In this document: positions 24,001-34,900 of the stretch, one piece after another
Layout of the letters: every line of letters starts with the position of its first letter
Numbering within the stretch: the stretch's first letter is position 1
From: Ylistrum balloti
Lineage: Eukaryota
Length of the DNA: 64,000 nt
Direction: 5' to 3'
Assembly: GCF_031769215.1 (NCBI RefSeq)
Contig: NW_026782699.1
Location: forward strand, 124,001-188,000
Notes under the pieces: model-generated
Told to the model about the DNA's origin: nothing
Seen by the model: the letters and a program-made list of their open reading frames with translations, nothing else
Databases searched by the model: none
Program-made: the position numbers and the translations under genes

Positions 24001-26894
24001 TAATGAACATTATTTGTTCCATGGAACAAAGGAAAACATCATCGAGAAAGTGTTGTCACAGGGACTAGATAATCGGATGGCAGGAGATAATGCTATGTTT
24101 GGTGCAGGTGTATATGCTGCTGAGAGCTCCACAAAAGCTGACCAATATACCGGTGGGTATAAGAGTACTTTAAAAAAAATCATTATTTTCCTAAATTTAC
24201 ATAAATGTCCTACCTGAGGTGAATTTAGTAAATAATGGCAAGAAAAAAAAGAAAGCGTGGTAAACAAAAATTGCATAATTCTCAAAAACCAGCTGGGCCC
24301 GTATTCATGAAACCATTCTCATGGTCAAGCATAGATTTTGTGCTAAAGCAAACTTTTTCATAATTCACCTAAATAATATAAAATAATACAAATGTCAAAT
24401 ATAAACATTGAATATAACTTTGGCTTGAAGTCCTTTAAAAAAATTTTTTTTTAATTTTTGGCAAAATCAGCCTTATTTATTAATTTTTAAGCTAAACAAG
24501 ACATAAGGCTTCAGAACAAACTTCATGCTTGAGCATGAGACCAGTTTCATGAATACGGGCCCAGGTTTGTATTCCTTTCAGGCCAGATTTCTTCAATATA
24601 TCATGGAATATTATCTATATTTCAACTTATTAAGGCCCCTAACATCACCAAGGAGTCCTGAGACAAAACTGCTGTAAGATGACATTTGATATATTTGCTT
24701 GTACTCTATCAATTTAGAACAGACAAGGAGGTATTCCTTTTGATTAAGCTGTCAATGTATCCAGGCTTATACAGTTTATGAAATAAAGGTTTTTCTTTCT
24801 CATAGTCTATCTGTTAAAAGATGTACAGATTTTTTGCAAATTTGCAAGTTAGGATTGGGTTTTTTTTAAATCTATATCTGGGTACCTGATATTTCTGGCC
24901 TAAGCCTGTGCAGGTAATAAGTCCTTAATCCACTGTTATAATAAATGCTTTACTGTTATCATTACCCCAGCAATAAGCCCACGGTTGTACTTAGTCGGAG
25001 GTTAGGTGTTAATTCCTCGAGTTATTGCTGAAAATATATACCTTGGTAGTAATAGTGGTACAGTATATGAATATAAATTGTGTCGTACAACAAAGATTTA
25101 TCTCTATACTGTATCTTTTGGATTCATAGTTTTACCTTCACCTCACACCTAATTTATTGAATCTGTTGTAATAGCAGTAATGATTCTAGGCTTGATCTAC
25201 ATGCATACATTTCATACATGATTGATGAATACTGATTTTGCCTTTTGTCCACCTGGCTATAAAAATTTTCAAGATTTGTTAACTCAATATAACTATAAAA
25301 CATTGAACAATTTCTTGGATGATAAGATGTCAAACTGCCTACTAAAATTTCCAATATCATCATGATTATCGTTATGTTTCATTTTTGTTTCTAAGGCCAC
25401 CATCATCTGATGGTTGGATGATCAAACTGCCCTTGGTCTGGTGTCCCTTCTAGTTGTGCATTAATTGTCCCATATTAGGACTCATCTGAGTAACAAAATG
25501 GCTGACAGCTGCAGGCAGCCTTCTTGGATTTTGACAGTAATAGTTTGTTATCTCTGTTTCTTGAAAAGTACTGGATGGATCAATCTCAAATTCCATGCGT
25601 AGGTTCCTCTTGGTCTCTCGTTTTGCATTGTCTGTTTTTTAGACTGATCTGGAAGATAAAATGGCCAACAGGCAGCCATCTTTGATTTGATAGTAATAGA
25701 TTGATATCACTATTTCTTTAGAAATATTGGATCTTTCTAAAATTATAATGTCGCTTTGCTTTAGTCTTTAGTTGTGTTTTTTATTTTTGGACTGATCAGA
25801 AAGACAAAGTGCTGAAAGGCAACTATCTTGGATTTGACAATTAACGATTACCGTCGCTATTTTCTCAACAGGGATTTTGAAATTGAATTTTAATAAAATG
25901 CAGTGTAATCAAAAGTTGTTTAATGATAAATGAAGTTTGAATATTTAGATGAATATATAGTTGAGAGTAGAGTTGATGATGATGAAGTCCAGTCCTTGTT
26001 CGAAGTAATTTTATCTATTGATACATGTATCTATAAACAATATATAGTATGTACACATTATATACAATAGCCATGCCTTTATTATATCAGAGTTCAGGTA
26101 TAGAGTTGTATAATCTCAGGCAAAGCCATAGAGAGCGTTCATCCCACCAGTGGCCTCTGTCCTGTTTGCTCGCCTTGCTTCTCATCTAGCAGACCAAGAG
26201 AGGTCTTTTTATACAAAATATTTGATACATGGGTAAAATGTGGCTTGTAAAAATCTGGTTGTAAGATGATGCCCTTGTGGCTTTTTGAGTGATCTTACAT
26301 GACCAATGATATGTACTTTGACAGTATGACCAGACATTGCTGCAGGCATTTGAGAGTTAGCCGAATGACCGTGAAAATTTCAAAAAAGATTTCAACTTAT
26401 TTATAGTTCATAAGAGCAAGCTTTTAAAGAACAAACCAATGTTTGGTGCCAAGATTCTTCTGGAATCTCCTTTTCATTTTGAAAATCATCTCATCTTTGA
26501 TAAACATTAAAAAAAACACTGGCACTCATTATGGAACAGCTTTCTATTTACCTATGTGGTCAATTGTATTGTGTTGTTTGAAATATATAATGGTATATTT
26601 AAATATATGAACTGAAACCTTTTCCTATGTATCTTTAAAGATTACAAAGACAGAAGGACATCATCTCCAAAGAAAATGTTTCTGGTGAAAATGTGCCTAG
26701 GGGAGGTACATGTATCCAACACAGCTTCCAAGTACAGGCGACCTCCATGTAAAAAGTGTGTTAAAGACGACTGCGCACACAAACATTTCTACGACAGTGT
26801 AGTAGGAGATGGAAAATGGATTTTTCGGGAATTTGTTCTGTATGATCCACGCCAAAGTTACCCAGAATTCATGATCACATATGTCAGAAAATGA
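18068..26894 (+). CDS. Macro-PARP gene B: two macrodomains + tankyrase-like (H-Y-E) ADP-ribosyltransferase domain, ~745 aa
   Basis: Ten coding exons: 18068-18092, 18842-18927, 19408-19644, 20035-20256, 21227-21278, 21778(or 21799)-21890, 22336-22569, 22941-23165(or 23174 with a GC donor), 23357-24152, 26641-26894. Macro motifs: ADVIVTNSA..SMVFPALGTG and ADVLVNLTN..SIAFPCFGSG. PARP motifs: NEHYLFHGT, MFGAGVYAAESSTKADQY, FREFVLYD..QSYPEFMITY. Confidence 0.92.
21315..21610. repeat. Degenerate tandem repeat, ~6 copies, unit ~45-60 bp
   Basis: Recurrent AGAGGTCACCT..A.ATGACCTT core in intron 5 of gene B. Confidence 0.75.
24293..24564. mobile_element. MITE (272 bp) with a perfect 21-bp terminal inverted repeat
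   Basis: CTGGGCCCGTATTCATGAAAC (24293-24313) and GTTTCATGAATACGGGCCCAG (24544-24564). The imperfect inverted match extends to ~40 bp and the interior is AT-rich. No clear TSD, so the superfamily is unassigned. Confidence 0.85.
25390..25870. mobile_element. Degenerate non-autonomous repeat with tandem cores (same family as 36700-37270)
   Basis: Repeated AAAATGGC..ACAGGCAGCCATCTTGGATTTTGAC..TTTGTTATC cores. Boundaries approximate. Confidence 0.6.
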
Positions 26895-27019
26895 TTTCAA
26901 TATTAACGATAATCCTAACACATGGACAGTTCTTCACTCAAAAACAGGGCAATTTAAACAAAAAGTTTTTATCTTAGGAAATAAGATGGCCACAATTAAA
27001 TAAACAGATTAATCTTATA

Positions 27020-27365
27020 GTTTTTATACACCACCGGAGGCGGTCGTATATTGGCGTCATCTTTTTCGTCTGTCCGTCTGTACGTACATCCATTTCTTGT
27101 GAACGCAACTCTTCCTTAACTAATCATCAGATTTTCATGAAACTTGCTCAATGTCACTACTACCATGAGTAGATGTGCATGAAGGGGCGAATTTTTGGTT
27201 CGTTGATTTTTGTAAGATTTATGCCGTTTTCAACTTTGTATCTGTAGCTTTCTCATAGTGGAGCCTTGTGAACGCAACTCCTCCTAAACTAATCATCAGA
27301 TTTTCATGAAGCTTGCTCAATGTCACTACTACAATGGGTGGATGTGCTGGAAGAGTCAATTTTAC
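27020..27365 (-). mobile_element. Pearl/HINE-like element fragment downstream of gene B
   Basis: GTCT/GTCC microsatellite followed by two tandem cores containing CTTGTGAACGCAACTC..AACTAATCATCAGATTTTCATGAA.CTTGCTCAATGTCACTAC. Confidence 0.6.
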
Positions 27366-28970
27366 GTTTTTTCTTGATCTTTATATTTTGTGGCAGTGTA
27401 TATTGTGTCTGTGGCACTCTTGTTTATATATGTACTACCTCCCAAAGTTTATAGGAATAAATACATAATGTCAAGGACTCTGGTATATTACTAGAATTCA
27501 TGATTTGGGTACATTTACACTACCTCTAACATATATAATCATCTACCTTTGAAGATCATTGTTCGTATTATTTTGATATTCAATACTTTGTGATTTTATA
27601 GTACATAGTTTAATATGAATTTTACAGCTGTGCTACAAAAAGTAAGGTTTTATGGTATAGATTATATTGCAGTAGTGCTGAGAAGAAAAATTGTATGTTG
27701 CACTAGCTTTACAGACCTTTTGTTATGATATCTTTGGATATATTCAATATACTCATGCTATTTTTGTAAACTATTATTTGTGTAAATGAAGACTTTGTGT
27801 AAGTAAAATATATATTGATCTGGTTCTTGTTAAGTTTTCTTTCTCAAGCTCCCAATAACAGCCAGCTTGTGTATTGGTGAAACATATTTCAAAGTTAGCA
27901 ATGTGAATGGGAAAATTTGTATTTCTAGAAGATTAAAACTAATATACAAATGCCAGTTGTCTGGTTCATGAGACTGTCACCAGTTTGACATCAGGTTAAA
28001 AGGAGGTGGACAATATGACTGCAAACCATCTTTTTGTTAGAGACATCAACATGTTAGTCTGTTTCACTGTAGCTTGATCTGTCATTTTATAGTTTTTAAA
28101 ATCTGAAATCCAAGAACCTGGTAGCTTTTCTGACCTATTATTACACATGTTGAATATTCTGAAACTGAAAGGAAAGAAGATTGGATTTCAAATGTTCTAG
28201 TCCTCATTCTCAGAAAATACTTTTGAATGTTTTTAAAATTTTGATTTTACAGTGTAAGAAGATTTTATGGACAGGTTTCACAGATTCCATTAAGCATATT
28301 TTGTTTAAATATCAATTAGATTATGACATGCTAAGAATTTAGATTTAAGTAATCAGGGTTAATAACAGCCTGTCGGCAGTCATGGTCACTTTGAGCCATA
28401 AAAACTTCTTTGTTGATAGCTAAAAGTGTTGGAGAAGAAACTTTTCAGTAAAATGTTTAAAAGTTCGAACAATAAATTATTTTTTTTTTAAATAAAAATT
28501 TTTCTTGCTTAAATGTGAAGAAAGATTTTTTCACTGTATTATTGCGTAACTTTTAGACCGATAGAGAACAGATGAAAGCAGATATCATAGGACTTCAATG
28601 TTAAAACGTTGATCTTAGAATGCAAATATGAACTTTGGAATGTTGTACATTAACAAACCTTTATTTCCTTCATCTGAGTCTAACAAAGTCTGTGATTTTC
28701 AAACTACTTAATAAAACAAACAAAAAAATGTTATTCTCTTTGCTAAAGGTCAATTCCTTGTTTTGCCTCAGGGATAGTCAAATATTCCTATATTTCTCTT
28801 GCAAAATTGTAATAGAACAAATCATTTGACAGAATCCAACATATTTTTATTTACATAAATACAAAGTACATTCAGACAACTCCTTCTTGTCCTAACTGAT
28901 CAGTGAATGATGAAAAGCACTTAAATTGTCTGGTTTCCAGTTCACCATTATTTGAATATCACACTAGTTT

Positions 28971-31728
28971 TTATTCTGTATCTGGTCTGAAAGGTGACTG
29001 CCATGTATTGAATACCTCTCCCCATTTTTTTCGTTCTGGAAAATAAAAATTAAAACAATGTTTAGATATACCAACTACAACAATAATAGCAGATTCTGTT
29101 ACCACTAATGCCAATTAGCTGACATTACCATTAATATTTTCTCATTTTTAGGATTTCAGCTTAACAAGCATTTTACATGTACTAAAAATTACAAAATTAG
29201 CTATCAAAATTTATCTGTTTTATTTCTCCCTTGTAAAAATATAAATGACATGTGAAACAATATGTCTGGAGATGAAATATCTAGTCAATCTCTGATACAC
29301 CTGCAGGACAAATTAGGTGTGAATTAGATATTTAGGAAAGTCATATAGTGTAGACGTGAATTTGGTCAATCTCTGATACACCCGCAGGACAAATTACGTA
29401 GGTGTGAATTAGATATTTAGGAAAGTCATATTGTGTAGACATGAATTGATAAATTGTGATCAAATAAACTAAATTATCCTGCTTATTTGATTTGTAAGAG
29501 GCAGTTAGATTCGGGACCTGATTTTTTCTTTCACACTAAAATCTGATTGGGTGTAAAACTTATATCTTTTACACACAGTACGAATGAGGAGACACATACA
29601 CCATGTGAATACAATTAACCTTATTTAATTGGGAAATGTAAACATGAAGACTTCTTACCAATAGCTGGGAAATCATCTGGATGTGTTCGAACATATTCTT
29701 CCAACTGATACATGCGTACTTTGTCCATTTCTTCCAACTTTGAAAGGCCTAAATGTCCTAATGCACCAACAATCAATCCACATGCTAGATTTCTGGGGTG
29801 ACCTTTAAAAAAAGATTTCAAAATTTAAAAAGCCATTTGCTTTTCAACAAAGTTATGATATTGTTTTACAACAGACATTATAAAAGCAAATTAAAACAAC
29901 TGATTACATTGACTCTCAACATTGACAGTCAAACCACGTTATGAATTCTAACTATGTCGGACTTAAAGACAATCAATTAGGTGTTCAGAAAATGGTTATT
30001 TCTCAAAATGCATAGATGAACAAATTTGTGGGGGTTATTTTATGTAAAAGAAAGTCTAGGATAACTCTCTGAAATGGGGAAAAACACTTCAGGGGGGGGC
30101 CCCCATCTCCAGATTGTACTGAACTTAGGGCCAATGATTTTCTGTTTCAAATTTGTACCAATTCCGTTTCAGATTTTCATGAATTCCATTTTTTAAACCA
30201 GTTTCATGAGATCAAACACAAAAACATAGCAGATTGTCAGCAAAAACTTTAATAATTGGATAATTGAAATTTTCCTGATGAACAATTGAACTCATGAACT
30301 GTCTGGGAATAAGATATCTCAGACTAGTTTTCTGAATAGAATACTCAGCCAGAGTACACATTTTCAAGAAATCTTAAACAAATTCATCCCTAGATTCTGT
30401 AGATTTGACGACAGATGTGACAGTGGTTTGTTTAAGCTTTGTTTGACTAGAGCCAGCCAACTTTTTTCTCTCTGCATGTTTTTTAGATATTATATGATCC
30501 TTGACCATGTCAGCTCTAGTAAAATCAATGCTGTGCTGTCAAAATTTGCAAAATAAAATGTCTTCGTCTTCATAGAGGTTGTCTAGGAATTGTGATGCCC
30601 TATATTTCACATTGGCTTTTTTAATAGGATCAAGACTACATTTTTTCACACCCGAAATGCTTGGCATATCGCCACCGTCAGCCATGATGTGTACATGCAC
30701 TAACCATGTGACTTTGGTTACCAACGTAAATCAGTCCTGTGCGGGATGTTGTAAATGTTTCTGAACCACGGTTCAAGTGGTTCAAACAATTTACTTGTTT
30801 ATGCCATGTATTCATGAAAATGAGCACAGGAATTGGGATTGGAATAAAAAGCATACAGAATTTCAGTCGAATTCAATACAAATATATGGGATATTTTCAA
30901 AAACCAAAATTCTGTTTCACCAATTCCGCAATGGCAGAAAAAAATTGGCTCTACTGAACATTTCCACAAAAACAAAAACAAAACTGTTGTTAACTGACTG
31001 AGTGCATGGCTAGGCAAAGTTTGGTGATTCTTTTTAAAAAGATCAGTTGCAAACTGAGCTAATGACAATATTCATCTATGGACAAGCTGACTCCAGTTAC
31101 CTTCCAACATCTTTGCCTGAGGTTTAATAACTTGGAACATACAAAACAGGTCAAGGTCACTCATTTGAATATACTTGATAGCTTTTTCTATGATGCTACT
31201 GGCATAATACCATGACCCTGGGCCTTTTAGCTATTGAAATGAAGTCCAAAATGTAAAAATTTGTTTACAACGGACGACATACAACGCACAACGCCAGACA
31301 AAAGTTGATCGCACAGATTTGAAATCAATATAAACATAGGGGTACTAATAATGTTTATAATGATCTCGAATCTATTTTTCTTTATCATATTATCGGTATC
31401 ACTCCTATAACAAAAATCATTTATGGACCCTTGTGACCTACCAACCTGGCCAAAAAGGAACTCTTTCTACTGATTAGTGAAAGTTATTGTAAAGTCATGC
31501 AAAAAAAAATAATGGAGAACTTAATTCCTGTGCCTTGTCAAAAACTCAGCTGAGTGATTGGAACCTAACTTACACTAGCTACAGCTTTAAGTTACAGAGG
31601 TATCGCTGCTCGCGTTTTACTACACATAAGTTACATCATTTACCTCGATGTAATGGTACTCCTGATAAATAGTTCCATACCATAGAACCACTGAAGCCTC
31701 CTATGAAAAACAATAAATCGTTAAACAT
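28971..31728 (-). CDS. NDUFC2: NADH dehydrogenase (ubiquinone) 1 subunit C2 (B14.5b), ~97 aa
   Basis: Exons 31728-31644, 29802-29659 and 29035-28971 splice in phase to MFNDLLFFIGGFSGSMVWNYLSGVPLHRGHPRNLACGLIVGALGHLGLSKLEEMDKVRMYQLEEYVRTHPDDFPAIERKKWGEVFNTWQSPFRPDTE. It has two hydrophobic segments and the NDUFC2 C-terminal signature Y..HP(E/D)DFP..KK..GE.F. Confidence 0.85.
29290..29447. repeat. Local tandem duplication (~80 bp x2)
   Basis: CTCTGATACACC.GCAGGACAAATT..GGTGTGAATTAGATATTTAGGAAAGTCATAT occurs twice in NDUFC2 intron 2. Confidence 0.85.
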
Positions 31729-31923
31729 CTTGATTGTGGTTTTACAGTTCCAACAAGCCGTAAAACGTGAAGGACACTGTAGAACGGAAATGACTACTGC
31801 GCATGCGTCATATAGGGCAAAACATCCGTTTTCCTTTAGCACGTGAAAGTAAAACGACGACCTCATATATTTGTTGTAAATGCAATTTATGGACGTAAAT
31901 GTGAACGATTCAACGGTTGTAGG

Positions 31924-34900
31924 ATGGAAGATGGTGGCGTTAGACAAGTGGCAAAGATTTCTTTAGCGTCGGCTAGATCTTGTCTTTCGAAAAAAAGATA
32001 CGGCCGAGCATTCGCCAACTTTCTGTTGTTCCTGAAACTTGTTCCAGAAAATCACGATGATGTACTTGAAGATTTTATCATGACCATGAGACTTTGGACT
32101 GAAAACTTAGAGAGAGAAGGCAGAATTGAAGATTTGTTCAAGTGTTTCGATCAAGCTTGTGAGATCCTTCCTGACAATGAGTCAATATTAAACAACATAG
32201 GTGCCCAATTATTTAGGTTGGTTATGATATACAGATTAGTAGTAATCATATAATTTATTCGATCATCTCCGTCTAATCATAGATAAGATGCTGAGAGAAC
32301 AGGTACCAGATGTCATTTAAAAATTCTCTTTTAAAATGCTTCAGTTTGTGTCATACATAGTCAATAAATGGATAGGAAAATGATGAAACTGCATCAGATT
32401 GCCCAGTTGGCTTGTAGATCAGATCAATCAATCATACAAGTCGATGAGGCATGTGTTTCTTTGATTGCAGTTTAAGGTAATTTTGTTATTATCCCACCAT
32501 CATCAGATAATTGGTTCTTCAAGTCACATTTGGTTGTGGTTAGTTGTCTGTCTCCAGTCCACATGTTGGTCTTTAAGCAGATCGAGTTGTGCACCGTCTC
32601 ATCTAAAGAACATAATATGATGACTTATATGCAGTCATCTTACATTTGTACAATGAAGGTTTGTTATTGCTATAAAAGTACTGGCAGGATCTTTCTCAAT
32701 TATTATATGTAGATATGGACAGAAGAAAGAAAGGAAAAGTTCCATCTTTCAAAAAACAAATAAAGACCAAACAGCGATAGATTCCAAGATCTCTCTGGGA
32801 TCTCTTTATTCAAGATTGTCCACAAAATTCCCACATCCAGTCAAGTAATTTGACATATTTATGATGTCGGGGACATAAAATACAGTATTATACATCCCTG
32901 TTGTTGTGTCCTGCAGGACATTTTTCCAGCAAATTTTGAGTGTTATTACAATAAAGATTGATGATTCAACAAATCAGAGTGAAAGTTGAATAACAGTTAG
33001 TCTCAATTATAAGGCTTAGTATTTGAAATCAATTGAAAAATTGTATATATCCCACAAAATAAAACCACTATATAACACTCCCTGACAAAAGACAATATAA
33101 TGACATGTATTATTTATACAAACACTGCACAACACTCAAAGGCAAAAGACATGATAAGTATCATTAAAACACTGTGCCCTTGTCAAGTCAGTTTCATATT
33201 AAATTTTGGATGATGTCAAATTATCTTGCAATGAGTATGCAGGAGGGAATAAAGGGAGGTTCATTGGTAAGGTAGATATATAATACTTATCATTGTCAGC
33301 ACTGGCTGCTTCTTTGCTTGAGAGATTTCGATCAAACTGTAAATGCTTAGGATCATTATCGTTTGGACAAGTTTGAATTTCAGGATTGCCAAGTCAAAGT
33401 CATGGTCACTATTGTTAAAAAATCTTTGTCAGTGTCTTAGCAACTTCATTCTTTTGAGCAATTTTGTTCGAACGTTTAGATCAGGACCACAAAGTCACCA
33501 ATAAGTTTGAGATTTAGCACTGTCAGGTCAAGGTCATCATCACTGTTTTTAGAAAGATTTTGTCAGCAATCTAGTAGTTTTGTTTCAAATAAAGGACCAT
33601 ACATACATCAGATTTGGATTTTCCTTTGAGTTCTAGGTAACAGGACTATTTGAAAATGATTAGAATAAGTACACATCTTTGTTGAATGAAACGATGGCTG
33701 TGTCACCGCCTAATATTGAGTGATCAGTGGATTTGGGGGTAGAACTTTATCTTGCATCAAAAGTGATTGGGGCAAAACAGGAAGGTTTCAATCACTGTAT
33801 AATCAAATGGTGTTAATGTTTGTGTTTTTATCATTGCTGCAAGATATAGATATAAGTCTGTGATAAGGGTACATTTGGTACATATTCAGCAATTCTTGGT
33901 TTGTAATTTAATTACCTGCATGATATGCAATGACCACACATTCAATATTGGTTGTATGAGAAAAAAAGATTCAATATCTTTCTAAAGCAGAAGGTAAAGG
34001 GAATTTTTTCATATACAAGGTGAAACAAAGTTTGTGTATAATCGTTTTATGTAATATTATATATATTACTATTAACATTCATTGTTGTTCAAACCATATT
34101 TTTCAGATTGTTTAATGTACAGGTTAGTTTGTTGTGTGAGTTAAAGGAAAAGCTTACTCTTCTCTTTAATAAGCAATCAATACAAACGAAAGAAAAACAT
34201 GTCCATTGAACTTGTTTATTTTCAGACTTGGGTATGCAGAAGAAGCTGTCTTGTACATAAGAAAGTCACTACATCTGAACCCAGAGTATCTAGCTGCAAG
34301 AGAAAATCTGGAAAATATATGTAGCCACCTTGTTGAAAGATGGCATTTCCGCATGCTTAATGATGTTCGAAGGAATTGTGCATACAGGTCTGCTATCCAG
34401 ACAGCTGTCCAATCTGGCTATCATACCGTTCTGGATATAGGCACAGGTTCAGGAATCCTCAGGTAATATTCTATATATTTATCAACATTTACTTAGAAAG
34501 AATTGTAGGACTTTCAGGTGGTAATTATCAGTCTTTACCTGGCATTGCAATCTTGGTATAAATAGAGATGAAATAGAAATGTTCTGTAACAAGCCCACCT
34601 ACTTTTTGAGTAAAATTCTTGTATTTGACCAGTGGTTAGAACATGTTTAACATACAGTATGAAATTATAATTATTATTGCCTGGACTGATGTTTTTTGTT
34701 TTTTTTGTTTTTTTTTGTTCTTGTTTTTTTTTTTCGTAAAACTTCTTACAGATGGAGGAAATGGTAAATTATGCAGTACTTCAAGCACATTGACCTACCT
34801 TTTGCCCACTTTTGTCTAAAGATGACCTATATTTCTGTTCTTTTCTATTTCCAGTCTGTTTGCTGTAGAATCTGGAGCAGGCGATGTGACAGCTTGTGAA

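Noticed and set aside
30539-30724. Minus-strand ORF (MADGGDMPSISG...) inside NDUFC2 intron 1
   Set aside because: No recognisable motif, and NDUFC2 splices in phase without it. The surrounding sequence looks like degenerate interspersed repeat.
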